A stretch of DNA of 64,000 nucleotides, from positions 120,799-184,798 of the forward strand of contig JAENYO010000001.1 in NCBI GenBank assembly GCA_016841745.1. Reading direction: 5' to 3'. Every line of letters begins with the position of its first letter. The first letter of the stretch is position 1. This stretch comes from Acetomicrobium hydrogeniformans. Lineage in GTDB: Bacteria > Synergistota > Synergistia > Synergistales > JAFGMB01. Made by a program: the position numbers and the translations under genes. Shown piece by piece: positions 36,583-45,177 of the stretch. Below the pieces are notes generated by a model. The model did not search any database and had not been told where the DNA came from. It worked only from the letters and a program-made list of their open reading frames with translations.

Positions 36583-38385
36583 TCAGGGCGAAGTCTCCTT
36601 TGCTCCTTTGGAAGTATTTACAGATATTGTCTTTCTGAGAAGACCTTCCACATAGTAATCGGATTTGAAAATACGCAATGTTCCCTCTTTTATTCTTCTT
36701 GCCTTTACTTCGCTGAGAAGCTCTTCTTCATCTTGTTCTTTCAACTGGGAGACTGGATTCTTTTCACATAAGATTTCAAGGATAACTTCATTATTAGCCT
36801 CTTTTGCATTCATTTCCCTCAACATCTGAGAAAATGAAGAAATACTCTGATAACCCTGGGCAATAGTCTCCTGTCCCAATTCAGCTATGCCTCCTCCCCT
36901 GACGAGGATCTCACAGGGTCCAAAAGCATCTTCAGGTACAGTCAGTGTGTATTTCTTCAAAACCTGTGATTTTCTATAAGGTCTCAGCTTGACCTCTACA
37001 GAAACCTTGTCTCCAGGCTTAACTTCCTTTTTCTCAACATTGAGATCCTCAATAAAAAGGATCTTTGGCAGATAGGTTAACTCTACATCTACATGGATAC
37101 CCAGCGGAACAATTTCCTGGAAAGGGTTAAGTGAAATAATTCGGGTTATCTCACTTATTTCCTTTATGCATTCCTTGACTGTGTCTTTATCAGAAAAGAA
37201 ATAGTTAGATCTTTTCCACCCCTTGTGAAGTCCTCCACCTTCTACCTTGACATTAACCCGGGCTGTACCCTCTCCGTTTCGCCCCCATGTCTCATCAATT
37301 ATCCCTGCAACCATTTCAGGAAGAATTTCCGAGATCATAAAGGGATCATATACCACATGAAACTTTCTTATTGACTTGGAACCTGTATCCATGTCAGAAA
37401 AACTGACTGAAACATCCACAGATGGCATAAATACTCCTATGCGACCACCTATAGCCTGAGGTCTGTCCTGAGTAACAGACCCTATTATCTGAAGAGGAGT
37501 TCCTACCTTAAAAGGTGCCTGGATACTGGGAACAACACTGTGCACCCAGGTTGTTGTAAGAGGATAAGCAACATTCCCCCGGTTCAGAAAAGGATGCGCA
37601 AAACCAACAAAACGGCCATCACGGGAGACGGCTGTAATAGTCCCTGTAGCTCCCATGGTCACATCACCCCATGCAAGAAGAACTCCAATGGCCTGTCCCG
37701 GAAATATTGAAGCACTATATATTACAGGAAGATCAGTAGATCCAGAACCTCCAACAGCAAGCACATCCCTATGCAACAGGTTTCCAATATTTTCAAGAGA
37801 CCTGGGGCTTAATCCATCAGCCATAAGGGGAGCTCCCCTTTCTTTCAGTAACAGATCACTGAAAGTTTCTTTCTCCTTTTCACTTGATGGATCAGATTTG
37901 ATCTTCCCTTTCTCCGGTTTTGTTTGCAACTGAACAGTTTTGGTGAATTCAGGAATTCTCTCCGGCCATTCCCATATGGAGACCATATCCTCTATAGGTG
38001 TCACCAGACCAAGATCATGCTCGGTAAAATTCCACCCATATCCGATGGCACCAATAAGTTTTCCCTGGATATAAACGGGACTCCCGCTCATACCTGATGC
38101 TATACCACCTGTCTTTTTGATTACCGGACCGGTCGCCCTTATCATTACAAAATTTCTGGGAATACCCTTTTTCGGAATTACACTTATTATTTCTACAGGA
38201 AAAGATACTACTTTTTGTCCCTGTATAACCGTAAGGGCCTCTCCCTTCATACCCGGTCTGAGATCTTGTACCGCCATTACAGGTTTTGACGGTATAAAGG
38301 CTGAACTGTAAGCACGTAAAGGAAATGAAACAACCCCAAGGACCAGAAAGATCAGAATAAAAAGATTTCTCAAAGGTCTCATCAT
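36583..38385 (-). CDS. secreted SpoIVB-type peptidase S55 domain protein
   Basis: GIASGMSGSPVYIQGKLIGAIGYGW gives the serine protease context of family S55. AGAGG lies 6 nt before ATG 38385, which gives the signal peptide MMRPLRNLFILIFLVLGVVSFPLRAYS. The track start is 38418. Confidence 0.7.
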   Translation of the reverse strand: MMRPLRNLFILIFLVLGVVSFPLRAYSSAFIPSKPVMAVQDLRPGMKGEALTVIQGQKVVSFPVEIISVIPKKGIPRNFVMIRATGPVIKKTGGIASGMSGSPVYIQGKLIGAIGYGWNFTEHDLGLVTPIEDMVSIWEWPERIPEFTKTVQLQTKPEKGKIKSDPSSEKEKETFSDLLLKERGAPLMADGLSPRSLENIGNLLHRDVLAVGGSGSTDLPVIYSASIFPGQAIGVLLAWGDVTMGATGTITAVSRDGRFVGFAHPFLNRGNVAYPLTTTWVHSVVPSIQAPFKVGTPLQIIGSVTQDRPQAIGGRIGVFMPSVDVSVSFSDMDTGSKSIRKFHVVYDPFMISEILPEMVAGIIDETWGRNGEGTARVNVKVEGGGLHKGWKRSNYFFSDKDTVKECIKEISEITRIISLNPFQEIVPLGIHVDVELTYLPKILFIEDLNVEKKEVKPGDKVSVEVKLRPYRKSQVLKKYTLTVPEDAFGPCEILVRGGGIAELGQETIAQGYQSISSFSQMLREMNAKEANNEVILEILCEKNPVSQLKEQDEEELLSEVKARRIKEGTLRIFKSDYYVEGLLRKTISVNTSKGAKETSP

Positions 38386-38419
38386 TTTACACCTCTGCAA
38401 CTGGGAAATATCCCCCATC

Positions 38420-39515
38420 CTAAAGTTTCCAACTCAAGTATGCCATTATGAAACTGTCAATTTCTCCATCAAGCACACCCTGCACATTCCCGATCTCCAT
38501 ACCGGTTCTATGGTCTTTAGCCATTGTATAGGGATGCAGAACATAGGATCTTATCTGACTTCCCCAACTTATTCCCTTCTTCTCACCCTGAATATGATCA
38601 AGTTCCTTCTGTCTTTCCTGCATGATCCGCTCGTAAAGCCTGGAACGGAGAATCTGCATTGCCATATGACGATTCATATGCTGAGATCTTTCATTCTGAC
38701 AGCTTACGACTATGCCTGTTGGAAGATGGGTTATCCTCACTGCAGAATCGGTCATGTTAACATGCTGACCACCGGCACCGCTGGCCCTGAAGGTATCAAT
38801 TCTCAGGTCCTCTGGCCTTATATCAATTTCTACATCATCAGGAAGTTCAGGAGAAACATCTACAGAAGCAAAACTGGTATGACGTCTTTTAGCCGTATCA
38901 AAGGGAGATATTCTTACAAGCCTATGAACTCCCATTTCAGATTTCAGGAACCCATGGGCATTGGTACCTTCTATAAGAAGCGTTACGCTTTTGATTCCCG
39001 CTTCTTCATCCTGGATGAGATCAAGTATTTTCACTTTATAGTTCCGTTTTTCAGCCCATCTTAGATACATCCTATACAGGATTTCCGTCCAGTCCTGAGA
39101 GTCTAGACCTCCTGCTCCTGCATGAATAGATAGAATAGCGTTTCTTTCATCATGCTCGTCTTTTAAAAGTAGGAACAGTTTTTTCTCCTCTATTCTTTTG
39201 ATTAATATTCCAATTCGTTGATCAAACTCAAGCTGCAATTCGTTATCTTTCTGTTCTTCCAGCATTTCTGCAAGTATCTCCAATTCCTGGAACTCATTGA
39301 GAATATCATTGCAGTCATCTATTTTATTCTGAAGCAGGGAAAGCTCTCTTGAAATGTCCTGTGCCTCTTCCCTATTCCAGAATCCTGGTTCTGAAACCAT
39401 CTTTTCCAGTTTTTCTATCTTAGATTTATCCTTTTCCTGGTCAAAGACCGTCCTGCAGTTCATCCAACGATGAATGCAGTTCTTCCAAAAGAGTACTATT
39501 TGCAAAACTACCCAT
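38420..39515 (-). CDS. prfB: peptide chain release factor 2 (requires programmed +1 frameshift)
   Basis: ATG 39515 (GGGAGG 8 nt upstream) opens a 24-codon frame that ends at TGA 39441-39443. The +1 frame continues DQEKDKSK... through SPF/GGQ (RASGAGGQHVN) to stop 38420. Confidence 0.9.
39441..39446 (-). other. RF2 autoregulatory +1 frameshift site CTT TGA (C)
   Basis: The minus strand reads ...CAG GAC GGT CTT TGA CCA..., which matches the canonical CUU UGA C shifty stop. Confidence 0.85.
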
Positions 39516-39612
39516 TTAATAAACCTCCCAAGTTGTAATTCATAAACATTGTTCCTTCAGGTTTTTCATTATATCATCGTTGGTAATCCATCACAGAGAG
39601 GAGTAACCATAA

Positions 39613-40614
39613 GTGATTCTGAAAACCAACATTACCAGGATTGCCATACTGAAAAATCTTATGGCATCTGCTGAGAAACTTGTTTCCAGCGGAGACCTGT
39701 CAGAGAAAGTTAACGTAAGTCGCCAGTCAATCTGGAAATCCATAGAATCCCTGAGGGAGGAGGGGTTCCATATTACCTCCATACCCAATAGAGGTTACAG
39801 CCTTGTCCTGACAAATCAATATGACCTTTCTCCTACATGGGTAGCAGTCAGTACGGACCCTTCAGATCCATGGGGCAAAGAAGTCTATGTTCTGAAAAGT
39901 ATAGATTCAACACAGATAATGGCCAAAGGACTTGCCCGGAAAAACTGCAGTAATGGCACTGTAGTCATTGCTGAAGAACAAACATTGGGGAGAGGAAGAA
40001 TGGAACGCCGATGGAATTCTCCTCCAGATAGCAATATATACATGTCTGTAGTTTCCTTTCCCCAGATGAACCCCTCCATGCTTCAGTTGATAAACCTGGC
40101 AGCAGGAATGGCTATTCTCTCCTCCATAAAAGGAATTACAGGGCTTGATTGCCAATTAAAATGGCCTAACGATATCCTTTATGATGGAAAGAAATTGTGT
40201 GGTATCCTGTCTGAAGCCTCAATTGAGTCGGACAGGATACATTTTGCCGTTACAGGAATAGGGATCAACGTTAATTCAGATATATCTTTTTATCCGGAAG
40301 ATATAAGGCAAAAGGCCACATCACTTTACAGTATCACTGGAGATTTAACCGATCGGGGAATACTTGCAGGGAAGGTCATTTCAGATTTTCACGTTGAAAT
40401 GGCAGGAATAGAGAAGAACGGACCGGAAGAATTGTTGCATAAATACAGGGAAAATTGTTCCACCCTCAGGAAAGATATTGAAATAATCACAGATCATAAT
40501 GTATTCAAGGGAAGGGCAGTCGACATAACATCCAAAGGAGAAATCGTCGTGTTGGTCGATGGCAGGATGATCACTTTTTCTGCAGCAGATATAGTCCATA
40601 GCCCTCAGAATTAA
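39613..40614 (+). CDS. birA: bifunctional biotin-[acetyl-CoA-carboxylase] ligase / biotin operon repressor
   Basis: 333 aa with an N-terminal wHTH (SGDLSEKVNVSRQSIWKSIESLREEGF) and a ligase core (GRGRMERRW, KWPNDIL). The start is GTG with GAGGAG upstream. Confidence 0.85.
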   Translation: MILKTNITRIAILKNLMASAEKLVSSGDLSEKVNVSRQSIWKSIESLREEGFHITSIPNRGYSLVLTNQYDLSPTWVAVSTDPSDPWGKEVYVLKSIDSTQIMAKGLARKNCSNGTVVIAEEQTLGRGRMERRWNSPPDSNIYMSVVSFPQMNPSMLQLINLAAGMAILSSIKGITGLDCQLKWPNDILYDGKKLCGILSEASIESDRIHFAVTGIGINVNSDISFYPEDIRQKATSLYSITGDLTDRGILAGKVISDFHVEMAGIEKNGPEELLHKYRENCSTLRKDIEIITDHNVFKGRAVDITSKGEIVVLVDGRMITFSAADIVHSPQN

Positions 40615-40636
40615 AAAATACCGAACCTTCGCTTTC

Positions 40637-40645
40637 TGTTATAAT
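40637..40645 (+). promoter_or_regulatory. extended -10 element (TGtTATAAT) upstream of selD
   Basis: The sequence TGTTATAAT lies 38 nt upstream of ATG 40684. There is no good -35. Confidence 0.35.
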
Positions 40646-40683
40646 CCTTATGATAATTTGTACATGAATTGGAGGCTTTGACC

Positions 40684-41730
40684 ATGCGTTTAACTGAAAT
40701 GGCCAAGACAAGTGGCTGAGCGGCAAAAATAGGTCCGGCGGACCTGGAAAAAGTTTTACAGCATTTACCTAAACCCGTGGATAACAGGCTTCTCAGTTCA
40801 TGGGCATCCGGAGAAGATGCCGCCATGTGGTTGATAGATGAGAACCGGGTCGGAATATTGACCCTTGATTTTATAACACCAATAGTTGATGATCCGGGGA
40901 AATGGGGCGAAATAGCCGCCTCAAATGCCTTGAGTGATGTCTTTGCAATGGGCGGCAAGCCAATGATAGCTCTTAACATTGTGGCCTTTCCAGTAAAGAC
41001 CCTCGAACTTTCTGTCCTTGAAAAAGTCCTTCAAGGAGGACATGGGAAGGTCTCAGAAGCGGGTGGATTTCTGATGGGTGGCCATAGTGTTGAAGACGAG
41101 GAACCCAAATATGGTCTTGCAGTTTTCGGAGAGGTCCAGAGAAACCGTATGTGGCAGGTAACAGGCGCCCAACCGGGTGACGTGCTTATCCTTACCAAGC
41201 CCATCGGCACAGGAGTAATATCTACCGCTATCAAGGCTGACATGGTGGAGGATCCCAGGGGACCGGAAGAATCGATCCGTTGGATGTCGACCCTCAACAA
41301 TGTACCCATTCTCCTTGAAGATAAACTGCTCTCAGCTATTTCAGCATGTACCGATGTTACTGGGTTCGGTCTTGCCGGTCATGCTCTTGACATGCTTTCC
41401 ATGGGGGGGGTGGATCTACTTATGGATATCGATAATATACCACTGCTCCCTGGTGCTGTTGGACTGGCAGAGATGGGACTTCTTCCTGCAGGGACATATA
41501 ATAACAGAATACAATACGAGGATAAGGTCATTAACAAGGAAGACCATCCTGAAATCCTTGTCGACATGATCTTTGATGCCCAGACCTCAGGAGGCCTTCT
41601 TCTCGCTGTACCAGAAGGGGGAGTCAATCCGATCCTTGAAGGACTGCTAATAGCAGGATTTGAACGATCAGCTATAATAGGCGTTTTCACCAAAGGAAAA
41701 GGTCACATAAGATTGGTTAATAATATCTGA
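40684..41730 (+). CDS. selD: selenide, water dikinase (selenophosphate synthetase), selenocysteine-containing form
   Basis: GGAGG lies 8 nt before ATG 40684. The in-frame TGA at 40717-40719 reads as Sec: MRLTEMAKTSG-U-AAKIGPADLEKVLQ. This is the same frame as track ORF 40777-41730. Confidence 0.85.
40717..40757 (+). other. UGA-Sec codon plus candidate SECIS hairpin
   Basis: TGA sits at 40717. The stem GGTCC(40732-36)-GGC-GGACC(40740-44) is extended by A-U and U-G pairs. A possible lower stem pairs AAAA (40726-29) with TTTT (40754-57). Confidence 0.4.
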
Positions 41731-41773
41731 TATCATAATGGTCAATGGATTAATTAACTTGGTCAGAAATTGC

Positions 41774-41803
41774 AACCCGTTGTCAAAAGACAACGGGTTT
41801 TTT
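41774..41803 (+). terminator. intrinsic terminator after selD
   Basis: AACCCGTTGTC-aaaa-GACAACGGGTT followed by TTTT. Confidence 0.85.
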
Positions 41804-41814
41804 AAGGAGTTTTT

Positions 41815-42200
41815 ATGTATTCAGGTAATGATAAAAGTCAACAAATACTGATGATAATTTGACTATCACTTTTCTACGCACTCCTTGGAGTAGGTATAAT
41901 TACTCCTCTCCTTCCCATATACGCCACCAGCCTCGGAACCGGAGGACCCATGTTTGTCTTATATTGGGGATCTTCTCTTTTTAGCGGACTGGTGCCATGC
42001 TTCTATCGGGGAAATTTACTGAAAGATTTCAGAAAAAGAAACTACTGGCAATACTAACCAGCATTTTGGGATTCGGCGCAGGAACGATGCCAGGTCCTGT
42101 ATTGGCAGGATGTATTTCAGAAGTTGCCGGCATGGATACACTTTTTTGCACTATGGGAATTGTGCTCTCAGTTTCTTTATTTATCTTTCCCCTCATTTGA
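41815..42200 (+). pseudogene. MFS transporter remnant (nonsense codon, frameshift and large internal deletion)
   Basis: AAGGAG lies 5 nt before ATG 41815. MYSGNDKSQQILMII stops at TGA 41860, then the same frame reads LSLFYALLGVGIITPLLPIYATSLGTGGP (MFS TM1 and loop). A shifted frame from 41997 reads GKFTERFQKKKLL and then jumps to a last-TM-like tail. The total is ~125 codons against ~400 expected. Confidence 0.55.
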
Positions 42201-43130
42201 ATTATTCAGAAGGCGAAGTCCATTCCATAAAGCCAGATAATGATCATTAAGGAATAGTATAAATTCTGCTTCAAGTGAAGGTCGCGGTAACATGATCACA
42301 GCCTTGTTTTCCAGAAGTTTTTCTCTTAGATATAGTGGCGCCCATGGATCCATAACTGTAATAGCACCCTTGTGCCTCTCTTTCTGAAGATAGCTTATAA
42401 GCTTATCCATTGCTTGATTAAAATCATCAGTTTGTTGTTTATTTTTCTTTTTATCCTTACTTTCAAGGGGGGGGGGAGGGATCAGATCGGCCGATAAAGG
42501 TTGGATATTACAACCTGCCGCGACCATAAGCTGTGAAACATCCATACCAATAGAAATCACATCGGTACCCTTAAGAAGCTTTCTGCCTACAAGGACCGTA
42601 CTGTCGAGTCTTGTCTGAAATTCAGCAAGTCGTCTTTGAAAATAGGAATAGTGAACTGGATCATAACCTGATAGCATATTCATAACTCTTTGAGCAAGAA
42701 AAGGCAGCGTTGATGGATCATAATACAGGGATCGTATCATTTCTGACCCGACAGGGATCCGGGTATAAAGGGTTTTAAGATTTGCGAACTTATCGTTGGA
42801 TATACCAAGTTTTTCAGCCTGAGCACGGTCTAACGCCAATATTAGAGCATCTTTGGGAATATCTGCATTCACAACTATCCGAAGATGAACCTTTTCTCCA
42901 GTTTCATCCCAATCCTCTATCGAATGGACAGAGATGTGTATTCCGCCAATAAAATCAGCCATTAAGGAAATCCACGGGGATGTACTCCAAATATCTAACC
43001 CGGAAGGATAACAAGGGTTCGGATTAATTCCAAGAAACATGCAAAGGAAGAGTATACCAAAGATAATTCCGTACACTTTTTTCCTGTATTTTTTTGAGAG
43101 AAAAATAATAAATTTCTTTTTCAAAACCAA
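42177..43130 (-). CDS. exported hypothetical protein with distant ZnuA/TroA-like (cluster A-I solute-binding) features
   Basis: The track ORF's upstream part overlaps pyrE. The in-frame TTG 43130 lies 20 nt after the pyrE stop and gives ~317 aa with a basic-hydrophobic N-terminus. The segments IWSTSPWISLMADFIGGIHISV and YYDPSTLPFLAQRVMNMLSGYDPVHYSYFQRRLAEFQTRLD resemble ZnuA-family blocks, but I do not see the metal-binding His residues. Confidence 0.4.
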   Translation of the reverse strand: MVLKKKFIIFLSKKYRKKVYGIIFGILFLCMFLGINPNPCYPSGLDIWSTSPWISLMADFIGGIHISVHSIEDWDETGEKVHLRIVVNADIPKDALILALDRAQAEKLGISNDKFANLKTLYTRIPVGSEMIRSLYYDPSTLPFLAQRVMNMLSGYDPVHYSYFQRRLAEFQTRLDSTVLVGRKLLKGTDVISIGMDVSQLMVAAGCNIQPLSADLIPPPPLESKDKKKNKQQTDDFNQAMDKLISYLQKERHKGAITVMDPWAPLYLREKLLENKAVIMLPRPSLEAEFILFLNDHYLALWNGLRLLNNSNEGKDK

Positions 43131-43150
43131 GTGGATGAACCTCGTAAAGA

Positions 43151-43735
43151 TCAGGCTTTTTTTCTGCTTCCCGGTTTTACCAGATCCAGCCCATTTCTGC
43201 AATAGGGGCATTCTGACGGCTGGTATGTCGGGAATGAAACTTCCATCAGCGAAACTGGATGTGAAGGCAACACATTCCTCCCACTGCTCCTGTTCACAAT
43301 GCACGCAGTTGATATCCATTCAACTTTATTTACCTCCATCAGTATACCAACTTCATTAGCTGAACCGCCTGTTGTAATGACGTCTTCGATTACCACCGCT
43401 TTTTTACCATAAGGAAAGGGAAATCTTCTCAGCATCATTTCTCCTTCTTCCCGCTCACAGAAAATAAAGGGGATTTTAAGGTATCGGGCAACCTCATGAC
43501 CAATGATAAGACCTCCCATTGCAGGAGCTACAATAAAATCAGGCTTAAGATCAGCAAGCTTCTTCCCAAGGGCTATTCCGCAGAATTCTGCATATTCAGG
43601 AAATCTGAGCATAAGTGCACACTGCAGGTAATTACCACTGTGAAGGCCAGAAGAAAGAAGAAAATGACCTTCCAGTAAAGCCCCGCTGTTAACCATCATG
43701 CCCTTCAGCTTTTCGTTTAAAGCCTGTTTTTCCAT
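43151..43735 (-). CDS. pyrE: orotate phosphoribosyltransferase
   Basis: 194 aa with GHFLLSSGLHS and the PRPP loop AVVIEDVITTGGS. Confidence 0.9.
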   Translation of the reverse strand: MEKQALNEKLKGMMVNSGALLEGHFLLSSGLHSGNYLQCALMLRFPEYAEFCGIALGKKLADLKPDFIVAPAMGGLIIGHEVARYLKIPFIFCEREEGEMMLRRFPFPYGKKAVVIEDVITTGGSANEVGILMEVNKVEWISTACIVNRSSGRNVLPSHPVSLMEVSFPTYQPSECPYCRNGLDLVKPGSRKKA

Positions 43736-44454
43736 AAAAGTCCCTCCTGAATCTGATCTGAAATCATCTTGACCGCTTCGCCTTTGTCCGGAGCTGAAAG
43801 GATCGGTCTTCCTACAACTATGTAATCTGCTCCTCTCTTTATCGCATCAATGGGGGAATTTGTCCTTTTCTGGTCATCCATACCTGCATTCAGACGGATA
43901 CCAGGTACTACCTTCATCAATTCCACTCCTGCAAAGTCCATTATTACAGGCAGATCAATTGGGGAACATACAAGTCCATCAAGTCCTGCATTCTTGCATG
44001 CTTTCGATCTTGCTATCAAAGCATCCTTCATCCCACATCCAGGATTTACAGCCTCCCAGGACTGTTCATCATGGCTTGTTAGAACTGTAACTCCAAGTAT
44101 ATTGGTACAAGAACCAAGTTTTTTCTTTGCATCCACTGCATACTCGAGCATTTGTTGACCCCCTGCAGTGTGTAACGTAATAGCCCATATCCCAAGATCT
44201 AGATATTCTTCAAGGGCAATTTTAACGGTATTGGGAATATCATGAAGTTTAAGATCAAGAAAGACTTCAAAACCTTTATTTATTGTTGAGGTAATAAAGG
44301 CACTCCCACCCTGAGCAAAGAGTCGGTGTCCAATTTTGAGAAATTTAAGACTTCCGCCTATTTCATCAAGAATACTCTCGGCTTCAGATATATTCGATGT
44401 ATCTAGTGCAAGGATCAGGGGTAAATCTTTTCCAACCAACTTTTTTCTCCCCAT
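43717..44454 (-). CDS. pyrF: orotidine 5'-phosphate decarboxylase
   Basis: 245 aa with LILALD, FLDLKLHDIPNT and VVGRPI motifs. Confidence 0.9.
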   Translation of the reverse strand: MGRKKLVGKDLPLILALDTSNISEAESILDEIGGSLKFLKIGHRLFAQGGSAFITSTINKGFEVFLDLKLHDIPNTVKIALEEYLDLGIWAITLHTAGGQQMLEYAVDAKKKLGSCTNILGVTVLTSHDEQSWEAVNPGCGMKDALIARSKACKNAGLDGLVCSPIDLPVIMDFAGVELMKVVPGIRLNAGMDDQKRTNSPIDAIKRGADYIVVGRPILSAPDKGEAVKMISDQIQEGLLWKNRL

Positions 44455-44475
44455 TCAAAATAAGATATATGTTCG

Positions 44476-45021
44476 CTATTCCCCTTCAACAATAAGAACT
44501 TTATCTTCTCCATCAAGTTCAAGCACCATAACCTGAATGATTTCTTCGTTTGAGGTTGGAATTTTTTTTCCTATGTAGTCCGGTTGAATAGGCAATTCCC
44601 TGTGTCCCCTGTCAGTTAGAGCAACCAGTTGAACACTTTCAGGCCTGCCCAGATCCATTAAGGCATCTAGGGCCGCTCTGACAGTACGTCCAGTATAGAT
44701 GACATCATCAACCAGAATCAGTTTTCTCCCCGCTATATCAACAGGAATAGATGTGCTGTGAACTACAGGTTGTTCGCTTAACATGGTAATATCATCCCGG
44801 TAAAGGGTTATATCAAGTTCACCTGTCGGTACTTTGATATTTTCCATTTCAGCAAAGATCTTTTTGAGTCTGTTGGCTAGATGGACTCCCCTGCGTTGGA
44901 TACCAAGAAGAACAATACCCGTCAAGCCCCTGTTTCTTTCTATGATCTCAATTGCTATCCTGCGTAATATTCTGGCCATATCATCGGCAGTCATAATCAG
45001 AGCCTTTTCGTTGAAGTTCAA
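44476..45021 (-). CDS. pyrR: bifunctional pyrimidine regulatory protein PyrR / uracil phosphoribosyltransferase
   Basis: Contains ILRRIAIEIIERN, GIQRRGV and LILVDDVIYTGRT. AGGAGG lies 7 nt before the in-frame TTG 45021. The track start is 45054. Confidence 0.85.
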   Translation of the reverse strand: MNFNEKALIMTADDMARILRRIAIEIIERNRGLTGIVLLGIQRRGVHLANRLKKIFAEMENIKVPTGELDITLYRDDITMLSEQPVVHSTSIPVDIAGRKLILVDDVIYTGRTVRAALDALMDLGRPESVQLVALTDRGHRELPIQPDYIGKKIPTSNEEIIQVMVLELDGEDKVLIVEGE

Positions 45022-45028
45022 TATTCCA

Positions 45029-45063
45029 CCTCCTGAAAAACAAATCATATCCAAGGGATATGG
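45029..45063 (-). terminator. weak terminator-like hairpin in the pyrR leader (possible attenuator)
   Basis: On the minus strand: CATATCC-ctt-GGATATG followed by ATTTGTTTTT, immediately before the pyrR SD. Confidence 0.3.
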
Positions 45064-45136
45064 TCTATGTTCGGATTAATTGTTGGAAATATCTGAAAAT
45101 ATTTTTCGGGTCCATAGAATTTATGAATCCAGAGGG

Positions 45137-45165
45137 ATTATAACAATTGGAAGATTATCTTGCAA
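45137..45165 (-). promoter_or_regulatory. sigma70-type promoter of pyrR-pyrF-pyrE
   Basis: On the minus strand: TTGCAA, a 17-nt spacer, then TGtTATAAT (extended -10). Confidence 0.55.
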
Positions 45166-45177
45166 CCGGTTGCATGT

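Noticed and set aside
38510-39064. A 184-aa plus-strand ORF lies opposite prfB.
   Set aside because: It is antisense to the conserved RF2 frame and has no SD and no motif.
39516-39612. The divergent prfB/birA intergenic region could hold a BirA operator.
   Set aside because: No TGTAAACC/GGTTTACA-like or TGTTAACC-type inverted repeat is present. BirA operators are expected at bio or bioY loci, which are not in this window.
41860-41862. The in-frame TGA early in the MFS remnant could be a second selenocysteine codon.
   Set aside because: MFS transporters are not selenoproteins, and no hairpin follows the codon. The locus also shows a frameshift and a large deletion, so a nonsense mutation is the simpler reading.
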